A stretch of 64,000 bases of DNA from Candidatus Poribacteria bacterium (GCA_028818695.1 JAPPNK010000021.1:47269-111268); one strand, 5' to 3'; counted from the stretch's first letter, positions 27,662-36,726 are shown. Notes: generated from the sequence alone by a model not told the origin. Program-made: numbers and translations.

Positions 27662-29902
27662 CTAAGCGGATGGGTTGGACGGTTCTTGTTGAGGAATCGA
27701 TTCAGGCTCGCCGACCGCCGTGAAGACCGCTTCCACCGCGGAAGAGACGGCTCCCTCAAAGGCGAGTCGGACGAGATTGTTTTTGGACGCAAGCGTCGGC
27801 AAGGAGCCGTCTAACGGCGCGGCTCCTAAATCGTTCCAGTTCGCGTCGGCGAGGCGCCCCCCGCTTTTCCCTTCTAAAAGAAGATACTGCCCAGGTTCCA
27901 GCTTGCATGGGATCTGTATCGACTGAAAACCGATCTCCAGCCGTATGTTTTGAACGGCGCCTTCCGCCGCTCTGAACGCCGCTTGAACCAACTGCGCCGC
28001 ATACGGGTTCTCGACGCTCCATTCCGCATGGTCAGGTTCGCCCGGCTGCCGCTCCTCTTTTTCGACTCGGCGGGCGGGAGTGATCATGACGGGGCGCAGG
28101 TTCCATCCGCCCTCACTGACGCGCAGCTGAAACTCGGCGGTCGGATCGCGCAGCCGTTCGCGCTGCTCATCGGTGAACGCCCCCTGCGCCCGCGCTGTTT
28201 CCCACTGCTTGACCGCTTCCAGTACGGCGTCCGTCTGTCCGTTGCCGCGGAGCGCGTCCAGCCCTGTTGCGATGGAAAAACCGGCGTTATACCCCGCCGC
28301 CTTCGCTAAAACCCATTCCATGTCGGAGCGGGAGGTGGCGGGTATGTTCCCGCCCGCCAGACGCAACTGAAACCATCCGAGCATCGGCGGAAACAGGTTG
28401 CGCTCAAAGTACGCCTGGTTTTTAAAACGGTATTCAGGCATCCCCTCGCGCATGGCGGCGCCCCATGGCTCGCCCCAGTTCATGCGCGTGTGGATATGCC
28501 AGTTGTAATGGAACAGCTGACTCGCGTCGTTCACGATCTCGCCGTCGCATCCGTCGTAAAACCGCTGAACGAACCGATGACGCGCGTAGGCGCCATGCCC
28601 CGTTCGCTCGCATCCTTCCAAGCCGTCGAAGGAGATCTGTCGAATATCCGCCTTGTTGTAAATCTCAACAAGCCGGTCGATCATCTCATCCTGCATCTCA
28701 AGGTCGGGAAAGAAAACGCGGTAGGGATGGTCAATCAGCTTGCCGACTCGAGCGCCTGCGCGGTGGACGCCCGCCTGCGTATTGAACGCCCCGCGTTGAC
28801 AACCGACCAGCGCCGCGCCTCCGTTGCTCTTCTCAACCGCCCCATACTGAACAATCTCTTCGCCAATCAGAACGGCAGAGAGCGCTCCTTTTTCTTTGAA
28901 CGGATCGACATCTTCTATGGGAATCTCCGCCGCTTCCGCGTCGATATCCTCGGCAAGCCGCGAACCTTCTGGGTTCCTCAAGCGCGCGTCCGGCTTCGGG
29001 GACACATACGGATCGTTCGTCGTGATAAAGTTGGTGAGCGTGTGAAGCCCTAGCCGAAAGCCTTTTTCAGCGGCGCGCCGGCTGCAGCGTATGAGGCTCT
29101 CGTCGCCGTCGGGAAAGGAGCCGGCGCCGAGCAGAAACTTGCCCCACGTCGCAAACGGATGCCCATGGTAGAGATACCGCAGCCCGGCGCGCTGCGCGTA
29201 TTCGATCAGCTCGTCCAGATTCTCTTCGCTAAAGCCGGCGATCATGTACGCTTCGCGCGCGTGTTGCGCTGTTTTTGTCCATTCGCCGTCTAAAACGGGG
29301 TGCGGCAGCCCCTCCTCCAGCTCAATCTGTCCGATCGTTTCGAGCGCCGCTTCGCGCGGACATGCAAACAACGCGATCTTGGAGCCAATCAGCCCTTCGT
29401 CCGCTTCGAGCGTATACGCTTGCAGGTCGGCGCCCCGCTCCGTTTCGGCAGCCGCATGCTCATGATGTCCCGTTCCGCAGCCGGCGTGTCCTCCTGCGGT
29501 TTGCATGGAAAGCGCCTGTATGCCGACGGCGACCGTCTGTCCCCGCGCGACGCCGACCGTCTCGCCGATGGAGCCTTGGACGTTCGTTTTGAAGGGACCC
29601 CATTGCGCCGCTTCAGGCGTCTCGCCCTCAACGCTGACAATTTCTAGGCGCAGATGCGTCTCTTTGCCCTCGGTTTGAACGGCGATCTTGGACGCCCCGA
29701 AGTCCAGATGGACGGTTCCGTCCTCTGCCGTTTCGGCGTTGATAGGCGCATAAAATTCGCCGCCGGCGACGATTTGCAGCGCTGGCGCGTCTTCCGCCAA
29801 CAGACTCTCGCTCGTCGGTTGATAGGTCAACTGGACGGTTCTCCCCTGCGGGTCAAGTTCCAGCGCAAGGTTTCCGCCGTTGAGATGGATGTTCGATCTC
29901 AT
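27662..29902 (-). CDS. Large hypothetical protein, possible glycoside hydrolase (TIM barrel + beta domains)
   Basis: GGAGG RBS; LPHP.LDGEW.K, LGLHTLTNFI...DPYV, QISFDGLEG, NWGEPW, P.MLGWF. Function is inferred only. Confidence 0.6.
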   Translation of the reverse strand: MRSNIHLNGGNLALELDPQGRTVQLTYQPTSESLLAEDAPALQIVAGGEFYAPINAETAEDGTVHLDFGASKIAVQTEGKETHLRLEIVSVEGETPEAAQWGPFKTNVQGSIGETVGVARGQTVAVGIQALSMQTAGGHAGCGTGHHEHAAAETERGADLQAYTLEADEGLIGSKIALFACPREAALETIGQIELEEGLPHPVLDGEWTKTAQHAREAYMIAGFSEENLDELIEYAQRAGLRYLYHGHPFATWGKFLLGAGSFPDGDESLIRCSRRAAEKGFRLGLHTLTNFITTNDPYVSPKPDARLRNPEGSRLAEDIDAEAAEIPIEDVDPFKEKGALSAVLIGEEIVQYGAVEKSNGGAALVGCQRGAFNTQAGVHRAGARVGKLIDHPYRVFFPDLEMQDEMIDRLVEIYNKADIRQISFDGLEGCERTGHGAYARHRFVQRFYDGCDGEIVNDASQLFHYNWHIHTRMNWGEPWGAAMREGMPEYRFKNQAYFERNLFPPMLGWFQLRLAGGNIPATSRSDMEWVLAKAAGYNAGFSIATGLDALRGNGQTDAVLEAVKQWETARAQGAFTDEQRERLRDPTAEFQLRVSEGGWNLRPVMITPARRVEKEERQPGEPDHAEWSVENPYAAQLVQAAFRAAEGAVQNIRLEIGFQSIQIPCKLEPGQYLLLEGKSGGRLADANWNDLGAAPLDGSLPTLASKNNLVRLAFEGAVSSAVEAVFTAVGEPESIPQQEPSNPSA

Positions 29903-29924
29903 TCTGTTCCTCCATAGACGCCTT

Positions 29925-29953
29925 ATCATACCTGTTTTGGCTGAGATTCGCAA
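29925..29953 (-). promoter_or_regulatory. Putative sigma70 promoter of the minus-strand operon
   Basis: Minus strand TTGCGA-N17-TATGAT. Confidence 0.55.
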
Positions 29954-29992
29954 ACCGCTTGCAAAATGGCGGCGCCCCCATAAAGATAATGA

Positions 29993-30021
29993 TTGCGCTG
30001 CGCCCTGCGCTCATGTATCAT
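29993..30021 (+). promoter_or_regulatory. Putative divergent sigma70 promoter for 30075
   Basis: TTGCGC-N17-TATCAT. Confidence 0.45.
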
Positions 30022-30074
30022 GCTTGTAAGATTGTTTTCGGAACCGATGGAGATAGAAAAGAAAGGACGCCGAC

Positions 30075-31244
30075 ATGACGATCTGGACGCCGCAAAACGC
30101 TGACACGAAACGATTCGCTCTTCGAATGACGCTGTTTACCGCCGCCCTTGTCGCTGTTGCGGTCGGGGGATGGTTCCTGTCCACTGCCGCGCACAGCTCA
30201 GTGCTGATTCCATTGGACAAATGCGATTGTGTCCCAGAGAACGGGCTGTCTCTCAGAAGCTGGAAAGCGGGACGAGCAAACTATAGGGCGTTCACCTTCG
30301 TCACGAACGAGCAAACAAAATGCGATCTCTACGCGAGAGTCAGTTATAACGATCCCTCCGAGGGGGACATCCATCCAAAAAGGTACACATGGGCCTTCAC
30401 GTCTATGTCCCATGGATTTGAGTTTGCAATGACAATGCGGAAGTATATGCATCACTTCTTATTCTGGGGAGACGGCGTCGGCGATCCGCATCAGCCCTCG
30501 AAACATCCCAGCAACGGCCGCGGCGACAAACCGATGAAGATCAAAATCCGTTTCCTCGCAATTTTCGAATGCCTGCCTGCGTGCGCCACTTGCCCAATCG
30601 GATGCCCCCATGCAAACAGCAGCAAAGGCAAGCAAGTCACATACTATCTGCGGCAGGACCTGAAGCAGGACGAAATTGACGAGATGCGGCAGGAGTATGT
30701 CGACCATGATGATCACCCTAAGTTTGGCGCGATTTCCGTACCCAGCCGCCGCATCTTCGGCCCGAAGAACATATATGTGACCGAGCCGGACAGTTACGAT
30801 TATATGGTTGACAAGGGACTTGCCTCCTTCCATGAAAGCTGGGCGAGACAGTGCACGATTATATTGAGAAGTCATGTGATAAAGAATCTGAAAAAACAGG
30901 GGATGGGAGAAAAGGAGGCAGAAAAGGAGGCGGAAAAGCATACGCTCACGATGGATCATCTGCCGATCAACAGCGGCTATCGGAATCCCGAGCACAACTG
31001 GGAGCATGTGAAGGCGCAAGGATACAACCCGGCTTGGCACAGCCCTCATCAATACGGCGGCGCGTTAGATGTCAGCGCACTCAATATTGATATGGACGAC
31101 GACGGAGAGCGCGGCACGGAGGCGGACAAAGATCTGATGCTTGAGGCCGCAGAAGCGTCGTTTAGGGAACTTAGCGTAACGGGCAGCAAATACAAGTACA
31201 CAAATACCAGCCATGTCCATGCGGAATGGAGGCCTAAAATATGA
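30075..31244 (+). CDS. Exported protein with C-terminal peptidase M15 (Zn D-Ala-D-Ala carboxypeptidase-like) domain
   Basis: N-terminal TM/signal; INSGYRNPEHN, HSPHQYGGALD and HVHAEW (His-Asp-His zinc ligands); Cys-rich CLPACATCPIGC. Confidence 0.8.
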   Translation: MTIWTPQNADTKRFALRMTLFTAALVAVAVGGWFLSTAAHSSVLIPLDKCDCVPENGLSLRSWKAGRANYRAFTFVTNEQTKCDLYARVSYNDPSEGDIHPKRYTWAFTSMSHGFEFAMTMRKYMHHFLFWGDGVGDPHQPSKHPSNGRGDKPMKIKIRFLAIFECLPACATCPIGCPHANSSKGKQVTYYLRQDLKQDEIDEMRQEYVDHDDHPKFGAISVPSRRIFGPKNIYVTEPDSYDYMVDKGLASFHESWARQCTIILRSHVIKNLKKQGMGEKEAEKEAEKHTLTMDHLPINSGYRNPEHNWEHVKAQGYNPAWHSPHQYGGALDVSALNIDMDDDGERGTEADKDLMLEAAEASFRELSVTGSKYKYTNTSHVHAEWRPKI

Positions 31245-31996
31245 GGACCCGCACACTCGCAAGGATCATGTTGGCGGCCGGGGTCTGTGTTTTGTTGGCG
31301 TTTGGATACATGGCGCTCAAATATGGAGGCAAACCAGAGCAGGAGCCTGAGATCATTCAAACGCCGAAGACGCAGCCCCCCGCTCCTGAACCGGAGTCGC
31401 AAGTGCCTGTTCCCACGCCTTTAAAGGTCAAGCCGTCGGTTGATCCCACAGAAAGCGCCAACGCCCCAGACGCGCCGTTGGACCCTGACGCGTCTGCCTG
31501 GGAAAAGGTGGAGCATATTCGTAACAACCTGCATCTCTACGGAACCTTCCACCCGGACGCCGACGAGATTATCGCGCAATTGTGGCCGCCGCCGGAAGAC
31601 TTTTTGAACGAAACAGGGGGCCTTACTGAGAGCGGCGAATTCATTCATGACGAAGAGGCAGGTGAGCGGGTGGTTGCTCTTTTCGATCGGCTGATCGCAT
31701 TGAACGATCCGCGCGCCGCGGAGCTGATCGCACGGTATGAATACGAGGTTGGAAGAGGGGGAAGCAGCGGGTGGCCGCGAGCGCTGGTGGACTTGGGCGC
31801 GCCAAGCATTCCCTTCTTGTTGGATCATGTAAAGATGGAGGATGGCACGTCAAGGTCTTCTGTGGCCGTGCAGTTGAAAAGGATCGTCAACCGCCATCCC
31901 GATTTGGATTCCGACATCGTGACCGATATTCTTGAGCCGCTGTTTGAAGAACATAAATGGCTGATCCAGCAGTACCAGGAAATGGGCATATTGTAA
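31241..31996 (+). CDS. Membrane-anchored hypothetical protein with Pro-rich linker and helical HEAT-like domain
   Basis: ATGA overlap with the M15 gene; one TM; PEQEPEIIQTPKTQPPAPEP linker; ALVDLGAPSIPFLL. Confidence 0.7.
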   Translation: MRTRTLARIMLAAGVCVLLAFGYMALKYGGKPEQEPEIIQTPKTQPPAPEPESQVPVPTPLKVKPSVDPTESANAPDAPLDPDASAWEKVEHIRNNLHLYGTFHPDADEIIAQLWPPPEDFLNETGGLTESGEFIHDEEAGERVVALFDRLIALNDPRAAELIARYEYEVGRGGSSGWPRALVDLGAPSIPFLLDHVKMEDGTSRSSVAVQLKRIVNRHPDLDSDIVTDILEPLFEEHKWLIQQYQEMGIL

Positions 31997-32024
31997 TCCT
32001 GATTTCTCCTTGGGAGCCTTAGGA

Positions 32025-32244
32025 ATGACGCCCCGCCAATCTCGCTCTTGTCTTTGGTTGCGTCGCCACCGCTTTTGTCGTCGCGTTAACGATTTTATAT
32101 GCGGCGCTTCAAAACCAGAGCGAACAGGCACAGAAGCCTGAGATCATTCAAACGCCGAAGGCACAAGCCTCCGACATCGCTGCCCTTATACTGCTCAAAA
32201 GCGCGTCGGCAGGCGCGCTGAAACGGCATATTGGAATCGCGTGA
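32025..32244 (+). pseudogene. Frameshifted, internally deleted paralog of 31241..31996
   Basis: AGCCTGAGATCATTCAAACGCCGAAG is identical at 31344-31369 and 32135-32160. A TM segment precedes it, and CCGACATCG and GGCATATTG match the 3' end of the intact gene. The ATG is out of frame. Confidence 0.75.
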
Positions 32245-32355
32245 AAGGCGAGCCCGTGGCGCAAGACTTTAACCCAACACCCGCCGTTTCACATTCAAGC
32301 ATGTCCCAACTCAAGCACCTGCATCAGATTTCCGTTGGACATTCACCGGCGGATG

Positions 32356-32372
32356 CGCTAAAGTATTTAGCG
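32356..32372. promoter_or_regulatory. Palindrome overlapping a putative -10 element (operator-like)
   Basis: CGCTAAA-GTA-TTTAGCG, within TGGACA-N17-TAAAGT upstream of the FRG remnant. Confidence 0.4.
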
Positions 32373-32406
32373 TAATAAAAACTCAACCTACGGGAGGCGA
32401 ACGAAC

Positions 32407-32720
32407 ATGAGGAATCAGAAAACCGACCGAGACGATGTTCAAAAGAAAATCGACGAGGTTGAGAGCAAGTCCGCCGATGGCGATTATCTCTTCCGTGGCG
32501 AACCAGAATGTCATGAAAAGGTGCCGTACTCGGGGAGAATTTCCTCAAATCGTTGGCGTCAGTATCCGTTTACGATTGAGGAATTTGACATCGAATTCAT
32601 CCAAAGCGAGATGCTGCTTGACGCTAGAAGACATACAGCGTCCCTGCCCGGCGCTGAGAAGTTGAACGGTTTCGAAATTCTGACGGACACCAACATTATG
32701 GCGGCCGGACAAATCTGTAG
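32407..32720 (+). pseudogene. FRG-domain protein remnant (frameshifted and truncated)
   Basis: YLFRGE motif; the conserved QHYG..T.L motif appears as QHYGGRTNL* only after a frameshift near 32690. Confidence 0.75.
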
Positions 32721-32728
32721 GAGGAAAT

Positions 32729-33559
32729 ATGTCCGAACATAGGACTTCTTCAATTGCAAAAAATATATTTGGTAACTCGCTATATCAAATACGAGCGAGA
32801 TCTGCATTGCCTATTCTTGTGCGACAAGCTTTGGCTAGCGAAAAAATTTCCTATGGGGATTTGGCAAAAGAACTCGACATGCCCAATGCGCGAAATCTTA
32901 ACTGGGTGCTTGGCAGTATTGGCAAAACCCTTTTAGAACTAGGTGAAAAGTGGCAGGAAGAGATACCGCCTATACAGGGGATTGTAGTCGGTCAGCAAAC
33001 AGGTTTACCTGGAGATGGTGTTAATTTTATTATTGGGAAACTAGATCCACGACAAAAGGAAGCAATTGTTCAGGAAAAATTAGGTAGCGTTTTTAGTTAT
33101 CCGAGATGGTTAGATGTCCTTGAGGCATGCGAATTATCACCCGCTAAGCCTCTAAACCCACCTGAACCACCGGATCATCGTAGCAGGACTCGTGAGAGTG
33201 AAGCGCATAAGCGATTCAAAAACTATATAGCGCGTTATCCAGAGGCCGTTGGATTAAAAAAGTCGTTGGCGCCTGGCGAAACAGAGCACAAGTTACCATC
33301 GGGCGATATCCCTGATGTCTTATTTCAGAGTGCGCGATGCCGTATTGCAGTAGAGGTTAAATCCCGCATTTCAAGCGAAGATGATCTGAGGCGCGGTCTC
33401 TTCCAGTGTATAAAGTACCGTGCGATTCTCAGAGCCTGCCGAAGCCTTGAGGGCGGAACCTACGAGGCTGATGCCCTACTGGCCATTGAAGGCTCATTGC
33501 CTAAAGAACTCATCCCTGTTAAAAATACGCTGGGGGTCAAGGTATTTGAAATTAAGTAG
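32729..33559 (+). CDS. Putative PD-(D/E)XK endonuclease with N-terminal winged-helix-like domain
   Basis: ISYGDLAKEL...LGSIG...PP...IVV...GLPG.G N-domain; ESEAH..K, IPDVLF, AVEVKS, RGLFQC.KYR nuclease pattern. Visibly AT-richer than the flanks. Confidence 0.72.
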   Translation: MSEHRTSSIAKNIFGNSLYQIRARSALPILVRQALASEKISYGDLAKELDMPNARNLNWVLGSIGKTLLELGEKWQEEIPPIQGIVVGQQTGLPGDGVNFIIGKLDPRQKEAIVQEKLGSVFSYPRWLDVLEACELSPAKPLNPPEPPDHRSRTRESEAHKRFKNYIARYPEAVGLKKSLAPGETEHKLPSGDIPDVLFQSARCRIAVEVKSRISSEDDLRRGLFQCIKYRAILRACRSLEGGTYEADALLAIEGSLPKELIPVKNTLGVKVFEIK

Positions 33560-33589
33560 GGGTACTAAAGTTTGGACAATTTTGTATCC

Positions 33590-33770
33590 CATTAAGGGGG
33601 GAAGTTCAGCGCCAGCGCGTTGCGAGACTTTATCGGCGTCGTCAACAGCGGCAAGGCGGCGATTAGACGCTTTATCACGTTGAAGCCTGTCGCGCGTCGG
33701 CGGACGCAAAGTCGCGCGCCGTGGAGCAGGGTACCGATCATCGTCCGCGGCCAATCGTATCAGCATCTAA
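33590..33770 (+). pseudogene. Remnant of an Mrr-like restriction endonuclease domain
   Basis: With a frameshift in the poly-G it reads IKGG/KFSASALRDFIGVVNSGKAAIRRFITLKP, matching the VKGG....VRDL.GV....A..G.FITL pattern. No start codon. Confidence 0.55.
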
Positions 33771-34597
33771 GCAAAAAACGGGTTGTGCGCCTTCTCTTCG
33801 CCGACGGTCGTTGAGGGTCCGTGTCCGGGGTAAAGCCGCGTGTTGTCGGGCAGCGCGAGCAGCTTTGCCGCCGAGGCGCGGCTCTGCTCATAGGAGCGGT
33901 TCGGCTTGCCAATAGACCCCGAGAAGATGACATCCCCAATGATCGCCAGCGAGCCGCACAGAAACGTGACGCACCCTTCCGAATGCCCCGGCGTCTTCAT
34001 CATCTTGACCGTCAACTCTCCAACCTGGACCGTTTCGCCCTCCGCTAGATGAGCCGTCTCGCCGAGATGGCGCGGCGTCTTCATATCCTCGCCCATGACG
34101 ACGGGAACTTTGAACCGCTTTTGAAGCGCATCAACCCCTTCCACATGGTCGGCATGCCCATGCGTCAACAGGATGAGCGACGGGTTCAGCTCTTCGCTCT
34201 CCGCCGTCTCGATGATCTGTTCAGGATGGGCGGCGGTGTCGACGATCGCGCATGCGTTCGTTTTTTTGCATACAAGCAAAAAGGAGAAGACGGGCCATCC
34301 GCCGACATAGTTCATGAGCCGTATGACGCGCGCGTCGGGGTCGGCGTCTTCCGGCTCCTCCGCCGGCGCCCACTTGCCGGACGCAATCGCCCATAGCCGT
34401 TCGCCGTCCAGTTGGAGCGCGGACGCGACCTTGCCCGTTTCGTCTCGGTTCGGGCTGCGTTCATAGTTTTCAAAGTCGCGCAGCAGATCGGTCGGCAGCC
34501 CGGCGTCTTTTGCCGTCTCTTCCAGAGAGCGTCTCAGCCCCATCCGCGCCTTTCCGATGATGTCTCCAAATTCGTCTTCCAGCTCTATGGCTACCAT
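33767..34597 (-). CDS. MBL-fold metallo-hydrolase (glyoxalase II-like) with N-terminal XRE-type HTH
   Basis: LEDEFGDIIGKAR..L..SLEE.A...FE...R.P HTH; LLTHGHADH, TPGHS, GD.IF.GSIG, LYPGHGP.TT...EK.HNPF. Confidence 0.88.
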   Translation of the reverse strand: MVAIELEDEFGDIIGKARMGLRRSLEETAKDAGLPTDLLRDFENYERSPNRDETGKVASALQLDGERLWAIASGKWAPAEEPEDADPDARVIRLMNYVGGWPVFSFLLVCKKTNACAIVDTAAHPEQIIETAESEELNPSLILLTHGHADHVEGVDALQKRFKVPVVMGEDMKTPRHLGETAHLAEGETVQVGELTVKMMKTPGHSEGCVTFLCGSLAIIGDVIFSGSIGKPNRSYEQSRASAAKLLALPDNTRLYPGHGPSTTVGEEKAHNPFFA

Positions 34598-34624
34598 GTC
34601 GGTTCCTTCCGTTTTGGGCAACGT

Positions 34625-36547
34625 TTAATATTCTGCCAGCGCCTTCGCGTTGTATTCGATGTCCGCCTCGTTCCGCACATCTTGAAGCCATGACTCGCGT
34701 ATGTAGTGGCGCTTGCTGGCGAGAAGACGCCGCCGTATCTCCTGCCGTTGTTCGTCGGTCAGCTCCTCTAGGTTCGCGTCCGTTCTCTGTTTCAGCTCAA
34801 TGATGAAGGCTCCGTCGTCGCCTTTGAAGACGCCCTGAATCTCCCCCTCGGTCATGCGGAACGCGGCGATCATCGCCTTCCTGCCGAGACCGATGCCGCT
34901 GATATACCCGTTCAGGTTGGAGGAAAATTCGATCGTGTCTTGGGGGGTCATCTCGGCAGGGTCGTTCTCACCGGGGCTGTACTTTTTGACAAGGTCGTCC
35001 AATGTATCCCCGTCCTCCAGCTCCGCGTACAGCTTCTCAGCGGCTGCCATTGCAAGATCGCGCGCTTTCTGCCCCTTCAGTATCGTATCAATTTCCGACC
35101 TCGCCTCGTCAAACGGCTGGGCGCCTTCGCTCCGTTTTTCGTTGACCCGAATGAGCAGATAGCTTTGCACAGCGTCCCTCTCGATAACCTGTATCGGCTC
35201 GCTCCATTGTTCGAGCGGAGCGATAAAAACAGCTCTGTTCACATCAGAGTTGCGAAACGCCGGGTCTAGACCCCCGCCGAAAGTGTCGAAACGCGAGAAA
35301 AAGCCTGTTGTCGTCAAGACCGCGTTATACGGCGTAAACCGCTCTTTAGTCAACGCCTCCTCCAGCCCGCCTGCCGAGTCGATCTCAAAATACAGCTCTT
35401 GTATGTCTTCCCTCGCTCGGTCGGACTGCCTCGCCTTTCTGATGGCGAAGCGAATATCTGACTGTACCGCTTCAAGCGGCTTTTGATCGCGCGCGTCTTC
35501 AAGCTGGATAATATGTACGCCGTACGCGGAACGCACAGGCTCGCTCAGGTCCCCCTTTTGGGCGAGGGCGAAGGCGGCTTCAGTGAACTCTGGAACCATC
35601 GTCTTGTCGTCAAACCAACCGAGGTCGCCGCCGAGAGCGGCGGTTCCCGGGTCGGCGGAATGCTCCCGCGCCAGAGCCGCAAAATCGGCTCCCTCCGCCT
35701 TTATTTGTTCAAGCAGCTCCTGCGCTTTCTTCTCGGTGGCGGCGCGCGCCTCCGGCGTGTCCTCTTCGTCTTTCAGGAGAATATGCCGCGCCCGCCTCTC
35801 CTCCACGGAAAACTCCGATTTGCGCCGTTCGTAATAATCGGCGATGTCCTCCTCGGTCACTTCGACGGGCGCAAAGGCGACGGTCAGCTTCACAAACTCA
35901 AGGTTGACCGCCTCGCCCTGCCAGAACATGTCCTGATTTGCGTCGTAAAACGCCTGCGCCTCTTCGTCGGAAATTTCAATGCTGGAAAGATAACCCTCGT
36001 AGGTAAAGGTCGCATACCGCAGAATCGCCTTCGTGTTCCTTTCAAGATAATCCGCCTCAATCTCCTTCGTCGAGACGACGGGGAGCTGATGCGCCAAAGA
36101 GTAAACGCTGTTGCGGGCTCTCTCTCTCCATATCGTTTCCAGCCGGGCAGCCTCCGGCAGATACCCATACCGCGCATAGTCGCTGCCAATTTCGGGGCTT
36201 CGAGAAACGGCGCGCTTGATGGCGGAGAGGTCCAGCGACGTCTTGAGTTCGCGCGCTTTAGACATGATGAGCATACTGTTTATGATTTCGTCGGACGCTT
36301 CTGCATGCAGATCAACGTCGCCTTGGTTCCTCATCTGCTGCCTGCTGGATACCATGCGAAGCACATTCTGGTACACCTGCGCGTCCACCTTTTCCCCGTT
36401 GACCTTGAGTATCCATGGCGCGCCGCCTCCGAACATAGCGCTGGGATCGACTCCCGCGACGACCAGTCCAAACATCGCGGCGAATACGATCGCCATGACC
36501 CACATGATAATGCCTTTGAACAGTTTAGAGCGAAAGAATGCCATCAT
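34625..36547 (-). CDS. PpiD-like parvulin peptidyl-prolyl isomerase (SurA_N + rotamase)
   Basis: N-terminal TM, KVNGEKV, RARHILL, DFAALAREHS.D.GTA..GGDLGW, MVPEF..AAF, S.YG.HII. Confidence 0.9.
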   Translation of the reverse strand: MMAFFRSKLFKGIIMWVMAIVFAAMFGLVVAGVDPSAMFGGGAPWILKVNGEKVDAQVYQNVLRMVSSRQQMRNQGDVDLHAEASDEIINSMLIMSKARELKTSLDLSAIKRAVSRSPEIGSDYARYGYLPEAARLETIWRERARNSVYSLAHQLPVVSTKEIEADYLERNTKAILRYATFTYEGYLSSIEISDEEAQAFYDANQDMFWQGEAVNLEFVKLTVAFAPVEVTEEDIADYYERRKSEFSVEERRARHILLKDEEDTPEARAATEKKAQELLEQIKAEGADFAALAREHSADPGTAALGGDLGWFDDKTMVPEFTEAAFALAQKGDLSEPVRSAYGVHIIQLEDARDQKPLEAVQSDIRFAIRKARQSDRAREDIQELYFEIDSAGGLEEALTKERFTPYNAVLTTTGFFSRFDTFGGGLDPAFRNSDVNRAVFIAPLEQWSEPIQVIERDAVQSYLLIRVNEKRSEGAQPFDEARSEIDTILKGQKARDLAMAAAEKLYAELEDGDTLDDLVKKYSPGENDPAEMTPQDTIEFSSNLNGYISGIGLGRKAMIAAFRMTEGEIQGVFKGDDGAFIIELKQRTDANLEELTDEQRQEIRRRLLASKRHYIRESWLQDVRNEADIEYNAKALAEY

Positions 36548-36613
36548 GGCGAAGCGTCTCCGAGACAAGTTTGCTGCTGAACCGAGCGGGCGTTTCTATC
36601 CGCCCCCGCATAC

Positions 36614-36648
36614 TGGTATAATGTAGCGTATCGGTTCAGATTAATCAA
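36614..36648. promoter_or_regulatory. Overlapping divergent promoters between the ppiD-like and Omp85 genes
   Basis: Plus strand extended -10 TGGTATAAT (36614-36622); minus strand TTGATT-N17-TACATT. Confidence 0.5.
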
Positions 36649-36726
36649 GCTGACGTCGTCAGCCCTGCCCTTTGAGCTGGGACGATGAACCTTTCAAATT
36701 GCGGCGTTGACAAATGAGGGGGATGA

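Noticed and set aside
35483-36580. 365 aa plus-strand ORF opposite the ppiD-like gene, and similar long antisense ORFs opposite uvrB, the kinase and rng
   Set aside because: Expected shadow frames in high-GC DNA; no motifs.
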